IMG/VR virus record: IMGVR_UViG_3300017917_004998
Coordinates: 1 to 64,000 of that record
Length of the DNA stretch: 64,000 nucleotides
Source: a virus
Direction: 5' to 3' (one strand)
Shown: piece after piece, positions 30,361 through 36,887 of the stretch
Position numbering within the stretch: the first letter of the stretch is position 1
Layout: each line of letters opens with the position of its first letter
Notes under the pieces: generated by a model
The model's database searches: none
What the model saw: only the letters and a program-made list of their open reading frames with translations
What the model was told of the DNA's origin: nothing
Program-made: the position numbers and the translations under genes

Positions 30361-30678
30361 GTGATAAAATTTAATCTATACAGCGAGCTGGAAGGAATAG
30401 ACTACTCTTTGAATACATCATTTAATAGTGTGGATGAATTCATAGAGTGGATGGACGACGACTATGATGCATTTGTAGATGAGATGGAAACGTCAAATGG
30501 AGAGGATTGGAGTGGAGTTCATGACTTCGCATCCGGATATGAAGATGGCGCGGGATTTGTCGGATATTCCTCGTACGAGATTAAAAACTTCGAGGCTGCT
30601 TTGGATAGATGGAGAGAATTTTTTAGGTCCAGGGGTAAGTTAGTAGATAACACTATAGTCAGGTGGCGGAATTGGTAG
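30361..30678 (+). CDS. acidic hypothetical protein whose stop lies inside tRNA-like element 4
   Basis: GTG start; last codons IVRWRNW* are encoded by the repeat. Confidence 0.7.
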   Translation: MIKFNLYSELEGIDYSLNTSFNSVDEFIEWMDDDYDAFVDEMETSNGEDWSGVHDFASGYEDGAGFVGYSSYEIKNFEAALDRWREFFRSRGKLVDNTIVRWRNW

Positions 30679-30789
30679 ACGCCCCGGACCAAATCCGAAA
30701 AAGAGTAGTGACTCTATGATGGATGAAAACTGGGTCAGCTTGTAGGGTCACACATACATGATTGCAGGTTCGAATCCTGTCCTGACTAC
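30656..30789 (+). ncRNA. tRNA-like element 4
   Basis: Leu-type D arm; insert with GTGACTCTA/TAGGGTCAC stem. Confidence 0.8.
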
Positions 30790-30861
30790 AAATAAAAATT
30801 AGATTCTCATTTTTTATCTACGTTCTTAGTTCTTATATTTACAGTATCAAAACAAAAGAAA

Positions 30862-30967
30862 TAGTCAGGTAGCTCAAATGGTAAGAGCGTTTGTTTGTTA
30901 GGATGTGTACAGTCCGACTAAAAAGAACACAAACAAAAGATGCATGGATCGTTCCTGTCCTGACTAC
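30862..30967 (+). ncRNA. tRNA-like element 5 (class-I D arm, 9-bp extended anticodon stem, degenerate T loop)
   Basis: GCTCAAATGGTAAGAGC; TTTGTTTGT/ACAAACAAA; directly after an early promoter. Confidence 0.75.
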
Positions 30968-30984
30968 AAATAATACATCTAAGT

Positions 30985-31179
30985 ATGAAAGAAAAGGTTT
31001 TTAAATGGATCGATGCTCATAACCTAACTCTAGAAGAAGCTGGGGATCTCGAATATCTGTTATCTTTGATTGGTAACTTCGAGGAAAACTATGAGGTGGA
31101 GTTTGAGGAAGAGAATGCTATTGGGTTGGCTATGGATTACCAAATTCATTTTAGAAAAAAGCTGGAGAATATGGGCTAA
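30985..31179 (+). CDS. 64 aa acidic protein
   Basis: ATG 18 nt after element 5. Confidence 0.7.
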   Translation: MKEKVFKWIDAHNLTLEEAGDLEYLLSLIGNFEENYEVEFEEENAIGLAMDYQIHFRKKLENMG

Positions 31180-31224
31180 TCCCATATATTCTATCAACAA
31201 TGATCTTTGACATAATAAGAAATT

Positions 31225-31353
31225 AAAAAGCCGCCTCAGAGAGGAGCAAGATTTATGTACTGTGCGTCATCCTAGTACGATAAATCCGTAATGGTGGTCC
31301 GCAAGACCTTTAACCCCAAGAGTAAAAGGACGTGAGGGGTTGGGCGGCTTTTT
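31225..31353 (+). ncRNA. structured RNA closed by AAAAAGCCGCC/GGCGGCTTTTT
   Basis: Nested stems GATTTAT-GTACT/AGTAC-G-ATAAATC, GGTC-cgcaa-GACC and ACCCC/GGGGT. Confidence 0.55.
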
Positions 31354-31357
31354 TAAA

Positions 31358-31483
31358 TAGTCAGGTGGCGGAATGGTAAACGCAACAGTAGACGGTTCTC
31401 AGTCCTAACGACAAAGAGTAGCTAACTTTGAAAGTAGGTGTCTGGTTAATCTGAGAAACAGGTTCGAATCCTGTCCTGACTAC
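31358..31483 (+). ncRNA. tRNA-like element 6
   Basis: Leu-type D arm; TTCTCAG/CTGAGAA stem with nested CCTA/TAGG and CAAAG/CTTTG. Confidence 0.8.
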
Positions 31484-31550
31484 AAAAATTAGATTCTCAT
31501 TTTTTATCTACGTTCTTAGTTCTTACATTTACAGTATCAAACAAAAGAAA

Positions 31551-31651
31551 TAGTCAGGTGGCGAAATTGGTAGACGCACTGGACAGGCGATGCATTTAAA
31601 ACAGAAATAAGCCCAGTCGGTACTTACAGGTTCAAATCCTGTCCTGGCTAC
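31551..31651 (+). ncRNA. tRNA-like element 7 (anticodon stem with oversized loop)
   Basis: ACTGG/CCAGT stem closing about 29 nt; directly after an early promoter. Confidence 0.8.
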
Positions 31652-31699
31652 AAACCTTAGGATTAATTACCCTAAGGCTGAGAGGTTCGAAACTCTCGA

Positions 31700-31786
31700 T
31701 TGACTATGGTGTAAAGGCGCACAGCAGAACGGAGTAGTAATACGAAAGGGGACGCAGGATTAAGGTTCGAATCCTTATTAGTCAGC
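31700..31786 (+). ncRNA. tRNA-like element of a second type (acceptor TTGACTA/TAGTCAG)
   Basis: D arm GTG-taaaggcg-CAC, T arm TAAGGTTCGAATCCTTA, no anticodon stem. Confidence 0.6.
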
Positions 31787-31792
31787 AAAACA

Positions 31793-31903
31793 CAGTCAGG
31801 TGGCGGAATTGGTAGACGCTTAAATGGAGTATCATGTTGTAGAACCAGTACGAAAACTACATCCTCTATATTCACTAACAGGTTCGAATCCTGTCCTGAC
31901 TGC
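31793..31903 (+). ncRNA. tRNA-like element 8 (C-1:G73 variant)
   Basis: CAGTCAGG...CCTGACTG; insert with TGTAG/CTACA stem. Confidence 0.8.
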
Positions 31904-31955
31904 AAATTCAGTTATCGGTGAGCAAGTCTGAATTAAAACAAAATCTTGCTCTACC

Positions 31956-32044
31956 TAGTCAAGTGGCGGAATTGGTTAGACGCATGCGGTGGATTTTAAT
32001 TGGAATTGCTGCTAAATTACAGGTTCGAATCCTGTCCTGACTAC
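31956..32044 (+). ncRNA. tRNA-like element 9
   Basis: Leu-type D arm; single extended hairpin with a 4-nt loop. Confidence 0.8.
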
Positions 32045-32059
32045 TAAAATTAAAAAACT

Positions 32060-32155
32060 ATGGGAGACCTTATAATCGTGAGTTTAGTGATGAATGTATT
32101 TTCTTTTTATGCAATTTACCTCCTTAAAAAAGAAGTTGATAAATTAAAAAGGTAA
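32060..32155 (+). CDS. 31 aa membrane microprotein
   Basis: MGDLIIVSLVMNVFSFYAIYLLKKEVDKLKR*. Confidence 0.6.
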   Translation: MGDLIIVSLVMNVFSFYAIYLLKKEVDKLKR

Positions 32156-32162
32156 AACAAAA

Positions 32163-32250
32163 TAGTCAGGTGGCGGAATTGGTTAGACGCATGCGGTAAC
32201 TTTTAAACGGAAGTCTGCTAAACTACAGGTTCGAATCCTGTCCTGACTAC
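32163..32250 (+). ncRNA. tRNA-like element 10 (sister of element 9)
   Basis: Same fold as element 9 with compensatory changes. Confidence 0.8.
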
Positions 32251-32263
32251 TAAAAATATAATT

Positions 32264-32446
32264 ATGATAGATTTAGATAAAGCGAAATTCATCGGAGAAG
32301 GTGAATGGGTTAAAGATTCAGCATATCAGGTATATGAATTGGACGGTAAATATTATTCCGTTATAGTAATTGGGCATGACAATAAAGAAATTATGGATGA
32401 TTCGATAACTGAAATTGCTAAAGAAGATATTAGTAAATACATCTAA
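32264..32446 (+). CDS. 60 aa acidic protein
   Basis: Fills the gap between elements 10 and 11. Confidence 0.7.
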   Translation: MIDLDKAKFIGEGEWVKDSAYQVYELDGKYYSVIVIGHDNKEIMDDSITEIAKEDISKYI

Positions 32447-32452
32447 ATAAAA

Positions 32453-32569
32453 TAGTCAGGTGGCGGAATTGGATAGACGCTATTAGGGAGTTATAGTAAG
32501 TGGGAATTTCTCACCGCAATCGGAGCCTTAACACTTACACTACAGGTTCAAATCCTGTCCTGACTACCA
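32453..32569 (+). ncRNA. tRNA-like element 11 (encodes CCA)
   Basis: GTAAGTG/CACTTAC stem; ends CCTGACT-A-CCA. Confidence 0.8.
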
Positions 32570-32670
32570 AAAATCATGAGTTGTTGTTGACTCCGGGGCT
32601 GAGAGAAATCTCAGCCTCATTTTTTTGAAACGTAGTGGTTTTCTATATTTACAGTATCAAACAAAAGAAA

Positions 32671-32745
32671 TAGTCAGGTAGCTCAACGGTGAGCGGGTCC
32701 GTAACAGGAGTTGCCGTATGCAGGTTCGAATCCTGTCCTGACTAC
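32671..32745 (+). ncRNA. tRNA-like element 12 (shortest; class-I D arm, 6-nt loop)
   Basis: GCTCAACGGTGAGC; TCC-gtaaca-GGA; directly after an early promoter. Confidence 0.75.
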
Positions 32746-32758
32746 AAAAAATAAAGTT

Positions 32759-32896
32759 ATGAAAAAAGATACAAAAGATACATTAAAAGTTGTTGGCATA
32801 ATGATTATGTTTACATCATTACTTCTTTATAGTTTTTATGTGCATAGAAATGAACCACATTGGTTTGAAACAAGATATGTTAAAATTGTAAAATAA
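32759..32896 (+). CDS. 45 aa single-pass membrane microprotein
   Basis: MKKDTKDTLKVVGIMIMFTSLLLYSFYVH...; ATG 14 nt after element 12. Confidence 0.65.
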   Translation: MKKDTKDTLKVVGIMIMFTSLLLYSFYVHRNEPHWFETRYVKIVK

Positions 32897-32902
32897 ACAA
32901 AA

Positions 32903-33014
32903 TAGTCAGGTGGCGGAATGGTAGACGCAAGTGAGATATTATTAGAGCGCCTCAAGTAGCATGAGGAGTCGCAAAGTTATAATATCATACAGGTTCGAAT
33001 CCTGTCCTGACTAC
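32903..33014 (+). ncRNA. tRNA-like element 13
   Basis: GATATTAT/ATAATATC stem with nested CCTCA/TGAGG. Confidence 0.8.
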
Positions 33015-33031
33015 AAATAATACATCTAAAT

Positions 33032-33235
33032 ATGACAGTTAAAGAGCTCAAAGAAAAATTGGAGGGGCTTGATCCAGATATGAAAGTCGGGGGCAGAGGA
33101 CACTTCGGTGAATTCCTTCAGACATGGGATGCAAGGGTAACCGAGGCTTCCGTAGGAGGTGGCCTATATAGAGAAGGAGTAAAAGAGGAAATATTCTACA
33201 TATCAATCGAGGACGCAGGTCCAGATCCAGATTAA
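33032..33235 (+). CDS. 67 aa protein flanked on both sides by the element 3' end
   Basis: MTVKELKEKLEGLDPDMKV...; followed by GAATCCTGTCCTGACTACA. Confidence 0.75.
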   Translation: MTVKELKEKLEGLDPDMKVGGRGHFGEFLQTWDARVTEASVGGGLYREGVKEEIFYISIEDAGPDPD

Positions 33236-33237
33236 CC

Positions 33238-33256
33238 GAATCCTGTCCTGACTACA
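33238..33256 (+). repeat. isolated 3' half of the tRNA-like repeat
   Basis: GAATCCTGTCCTGACTACA without the 5' part. Confidence 0.85.
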
Positions 33257-33277
33257 AGCACACTGATATATACAAGA

Positions 33278-33535
33278 ATGAAAACTTACACAGAAGAAGA
33301 GGTTAAGGAATTAATCCATGCAGTGGTTTTAGAAACAGCAAAAGGAGTTAAAGATTGGTTTGAAAAGGAGACTGTCATCAAAAACAAAGAAACTGGAGAT
33401 GTGATAGAAGATGCGAACCTCTGCCTAAAGGAAGATCCAGCAAACCCGCTAAAGGGTTACATCTACCCAAGGCTCGAAAAATTCGGGATCGAGTACAACA
33501 CGGAACTAGGTGCATTTCGACCCACACAGAAGTAA
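33278..33535 (+). CDS. hypothetical protein
   Basis: 85 aa ORF; GATATATA at 33265. Confidence 0.7.
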   Translation: MKTYTEEEVKELIHAVVLETAKGVKDWFEKETVIKNKETGDVIEDANLCLKEDPANPLKGYIYPRLEKFGIEYNTELGAFRPTQK

Positions 33536-33536
33536 A

Positions 33537-33594
33537 AAAAATCATGAGTTGTTGTTGACTCCGAGGCTTAGAATTTTCTAAGCCTCATTTTTTT
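33537..33594 (+). terminator. repeated two-hairpin terminator module (also 24423..24480 and 32570..32626)
   Basis: AAAATCATGAGTTGTTGTTGACTC(C)G(A/G)GGCT.AGA...TCT.AGCCTCATTTTT in three copies. Confidence 0.8.
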
Positions 33595-33637
33595 GCCGCG
33601 CAGTTTTATTCTACATTTACAGTATCAAACAACAACC

Positions 33638-34318
33638 ATGGACAAGGCAAGCGCAATCATCACAGTCAGAGACCACTTCTCCTACAACGAAGAGATCTTA
33701 AATGAGATCCTCCAGGACATAGAGTCTTTCAACAGGAAATGGTGTTTCTACGAGTTCGTGACTTCCAAGGTGACACTCATCAGGGAGACCAACTACAAGA
33801 GGGCAAAGATCGGGGAAAAGATCCAGATCGACTCACAGGGATGGAAATACCACGGGGCACAGGTAGTAGTGGAGAAGAAGAGGTTTGGGATGGTAGAGTG
33901 CTACGTTCCAGGAGACGACAAGGTAAGACTCAAGATAAACCCAAGCTCCATCAGGTTCACACCTCAGATGAAGAAGGAGAAGATCAGCTACAAAGTCGGA
34001 GACCTAGTTCTCATCGCTGAAAGCAGGTTCAGACCACGCTACGAAGACGGTGACGTCTTCAGGATCGTCTGGAAGGGAGCGAAGTACGTAAGGGTGGAAC
34101 CAAGAAACCCAAGATGCAAAATCCACACGGACAAAGACCAGGTCGGAGGTCGACCAGGAGACAACATCAGGGAGTACGCAGACTTCGAGGGCAGGAAGGT
34201 CTTCCGAGAGAGTGTCTACTCCATGGATATTCCCAACGACAAACTCCAGCCTGTCAAAGAGTATTACGGGGAGGAAATGGGAGGCCTACTCGGAGACCTA
34301 GACTGCATAGGTCTCTAA
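33638..34318 (+). CDS. hypothetical protein with SH3/KOW-like segments and C-terminal LGDLDCIGL
   Basis: YKVGDLVLI and GEKIQI-type beta motifs. Confidence 0.7.
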   Translation: MDKASAIITVRDHFSYNEEILNEILQDIESFNRKWCFYEFVTSKVTLIRETNYKRAKIGEKIQIDSQGWKYHGAQVVVEKKRFGMVECYVPGDDKVRLKINPSSIRFTPQMKKEKISYKVGDLVLIAESRFRPRYEDGDVFRIVWKGAKYVRVEPRNPRCKIHTDKDQVGGRPGDNIREYADFEGRKVFRESVYSMDIPNDKLQPVKEYYGEEMGGLLGDLDCIGL

Positions 34319-34461
34319 GTACAATCCTCTGCTCTGGTCTTAGCCTTACTCTGTTCACAGTGGTGTACACCTCGACCTAAAAAAAAATCTAAAAAAATTA
34401 GGCCTCGCATTTTTTCTGCTCGAGGCCTAGATCTATATTTACAGTATCAAACAACAACAAC

Positions 34462-34950
34462 ATGATACGCTCAAACGTTAACCCACTCCACCTTCCCCAG
34501 CTTTTCTTCGCTGGACGTGCACTCCTCACTTTCCACAACACCGAGAGAAACACCCACATGACCGTGAAGGTAATCCAAGCAAGGGACAAGGCAGATCGCA
34601 AGATCAAGCTTCCCTACTTCTTCGTCAACATCTCCCTCCTCGGAGACAGCGACCAGGGATTCCGCTACGCCGGCATCATCTACCAGAACACTCTCACCTT
34701 CCGTCCCAACGAAGCAATCCTCCACGACACACAGATGCAGAAAACAATGCTCTTCATCATGGAGGCTATCAAGAACCCTCAGCTCCTCAGGGATCGCAAG
34801 GTGTCTCTGCTCCACGAAGGCAAATGCTGCCGGTGCTCTTTACCGCTTAGCAATCCCCAGTCAATCGACAGAGGGCTAGGAGACGACTGCCACGCCTACG
34901 TCTTCGGCACAGACAATCTCGCACAAAAGAAGAAGCTTGGTCTCTTATAA
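34462..34950 (+). CDS. DUF6011-like zinc-ribbon protein
   Basis: CCRCSLPLSNPQSIDRGLGDDC. Confidence 0.8.
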   Translation: MIRSNVNPLHLPQLFFAGRALLTFHNTERNTHMTVKVIQARDKADRKIKLPYFFVNISLLGDSDQGFRYAGIIYQNTLTFRPNEAILHDTQMQKTMLFIMEAIKNPQLLRDRKVSLLHEGKCCRCSLPLSNPQSIDRGLGDDCHAYVFGTDNLAQKKKLGLL

Positions 34951-35014
34951 CCAAGCTTCCCATTTTTTCATCACGCACACAGACATTACATTTACAGCAT
35001 CAACAACAAAGAGA

Positions 35015-35959
35015 ATGGCAAGAAAAACATCCACCGGCATACGCAAGCCAATGTCACCAGAGGCTAGGGCAAAGATAGCAGAGGCTGTAAAAAAGTCTGC
35101 GCAGAAGAAGCGCATCGAAGCAGGCCTACCGCCAGACCAGCCACTTCCTGTCGGTCCAGTCAGGCAAAAGCCGATCGACATCATCCAGATGCGCAACCAG
35201 GAATTCGACCAGGACCTGTTCGTGCCAATGTCAACAGGCAGGGAGATAGACTTCCTGTTCTCTCTGGAGGGAGGTATCAACAAGGCAACGAACTACCTCG
35301 TCATCGGAGATCCAGGGGTGGGCAAATCGACAGTCACCCTCGACATCGTCTCAGACCTGGTCAGTCTTGGCTACCAGTGTCTGTTCATCTCAGCAGAGAT
35401 GACCAGGATAGATCTCTTCAAATACGTACAGAGGTTCCCCAAGTTTGGACACGTAGACACTCTCTTCCTTGGTGAGTACTGCGACGACAGCCCAAAGCTC
35501 GTTATCGAGGAGGCTCTGTCAAAAGGTTACGATCTCGTATTAATCGACTCATTCGTCGAGGTACAGGATTCAGTCAAGGAGTCAAACAAGGTGACAAGCT
35601 CATCAGCAGAGAAATGGCTCATCGATCAGATGCTCAAGAACAACCTTGGGGAGAACGACCAGGGGAAAAACACCACCTTCCTCTGTATCCAACAGGTGAC
35701 TAAGGGAGGAGTCTTCTTGGGCTCAAACCGACTCAAGCACAACACCACCGGGATGTTGGAGATCAGGTTCGACGAAGACTTACCAGGTGCTTCCTTCCTG
35801 CACTTCACCAAGAACAGACGTGGACCAACACAGGTTAAGATGTACTTCGAACTTGCCTCAGGCGGACAAGTCATCTACACAGATCCAACCGGACAGACAC
35901 TGGATCCAAAGAATCCGATCGAACAGTTGGCAGCCCTAGTCAACCCATTCGGAAAATAA
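35015..35959 (+). CDS. RadA/Sms-like (RecA-fold) ATPase
   Basis: Walker A GDPGVGKST, FISAE, Walker B LVLIDS, GSNRLKH, KNRRG. Confidence 0.8.
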   Translation: MARKTSTGIRKPMSPEARAKIAEAVKKSAQKKRIEAGLPPDQPLPVGPVRQKPIDIIQMRNQEFDQDLFVPMSTGREIDFLFSLEGGINKATNYLVIGDPGVGKSTVTLDIVSDLVSLGYQCLFISAEMTRIDLFKYVQRFPKFGHVDTLFLGEYCDDSPKLVIEEALSKGYDLVLIDSFVEVQDSVKESNKVTSSSAEKWLIDQMLKNNLGENDQGKNTTFLCIQQVTKGGVFLGSNRLKHNTTGMLEIRFDEDLPGASFLHFTKNRRGPTQVKMYFELASGGQVIYTDPTGQTLDPKNPIEQLAALVNPFGK

Positions 35960-36006
35960 TCGCATTCCCATTTTTTCAAAACGGAGTCTCACACTACATT
36001 TGTAAT

Positions 36007-36258
36007 ATGGAAAAGGACGTAACGATCACAGAAGGACTCGGACTACCCAACGAGATCTTCGTCCAGACCAGAGACATAGTCCAGGAGCACTGGGGGAATA
36101 GCTCCACAGTCAGCGAAGCCCTGGAAGACATAGCCAGGGGGATACAGGAAGAGGATCTAGGTACCGATGTGCCACTCTCAACCTACGAGAAGAGACTGAT
36201 CCTTGCTGGATACATTACTGGAAGGCACCACCAGGCCCTGAAGGAAATGGGATTTTAA
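36007..36258 (+). CDS. hypothetical protein
   Basis: 83 aa ORF after TACATTTG. Confidence 0.72.
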   Translation: MEKDVTITEGLGLPNEIFVQTRDIVQEHWGNSSTVSEALEDIARGIQEEDLGTDVPLSTYEKRLILAGYITGRHHQALKEMGF

Positions 36259-36329
36259 AAACCATCACCAGATCTTCCAACTGCCATTAGGAGATCGCCA
36301 AGGCCTAACGAGGCCTTGGTTTTTTGTGC

Positions 36330-36699
36330 GGCTAGGCCTCTTAACCCCGGGGCTACCCTAGGCCCCACAAGACCTCCGAGGAGGCCTATAAAACTCCCCG
36401 GGGGGTCTCCTCTTTAATCCCTGCAACTCTAGGGAAATCCCCACCACTTCCTCCCTATAACAACGCATCCCACAGGGGACTTTTGCGGGGGTTTTTGTAC
36501 ATTGGCCCCCTTAGTCCCCCTGGAGGGGGGTTAAAACAGGGGTCCTGCATATAGGTGAGGGTCCCCTATAAAGGGCCCTATGAATACTAGGGGCCGGATT
36601 CGCTTAGGGGACCAGATTAGGGGACCCTCAGAGGTCCAGATTCGGGGGGCCCTCGCGTATGGGGGAATCTGATGGGGGAGGCCCGGCGCTTGCGTTTTT
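36330..36699. other. GC-rich non-coding island with C-rich then G-rich halves
   Basis: No ORF; multiple G4-G6 runs at 36606-36678. Confidence 0.65.
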
Positions 36700-36833
36700 G
36701 GGCTGAGTTTTATTAAGAGGTTAGTTGGGCTGAGTTTTATTAAGTGATATCCTATGGGCTGAGTTTTATTAAGAGGTTAGTTGGGCTGGGTTTTATTAAG
36801 AGATTTATTAAGAGCTTTATTAAGAGGTTAGTT
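36700..36833 (+). repeat. iteron-like repeats GGGCTGAGTTTTATTAAG(AGGTTAGTT); six TTTATTAAG cores
   Basis: Read directly. Confidence 0.88.
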
Positions 36834-36887
36834 GTGTTGTGCAATCCTATCGAGAGAACACATCTCTACACCAGTCATATAATCATC

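Larger units (their letters stand above)
16070..36005 (+). promoter_or_regulatory. about 30 copies of an early-type promoter/leader, consensus TA(C/T)ATTT(A/G)n5TCAAACAACAA
   Basis: Examples near 19270, 19918, 20327, 21099, 22573, 23270, 23689, 24498, 25492, 26059, 26553, 27611, 28066, 29005, 29464, 30833, 31523, 32643, 33610, 34433; resembles the Bacteroidota -7 element TAnnTTTG and follows T-rich tracts. Confidence 0.8.

Noticed and set aside
29493-33014. Calling the elements ordinary tRNA genes or intron-containing tRNAs
   Set aside because: No copy has a canonical anticodon arm, several lack an anticodon stem altogether, and I could not find group I core or bulge-helix-bulge features that would restore one. 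Elements 5 and 7 remain the only arguable cases.
29493-33256. CRISPR array interpretation of the repeats
   Set aside because: The constant sequence is split into two arms around the variable part, spacing is irregular, whole ORFs intervene, inserts are self-paired, and no cas genes are in the window.
20224-34937. Long N-terminal extensions in the ORF track (20224, 21064, 21510, 23420, 27980, 33593, 34937)
   Set aside because: They run through terminator and promoter DNA; the true starts are the ATGs after the CAAACAACAA leader.
36744-36887. Repetitive peptide GLSFIKRLV at the start of ORF 36744
   Set aside because: It is translation of the DNA iterons; the gene starts at the ATG at 36888.
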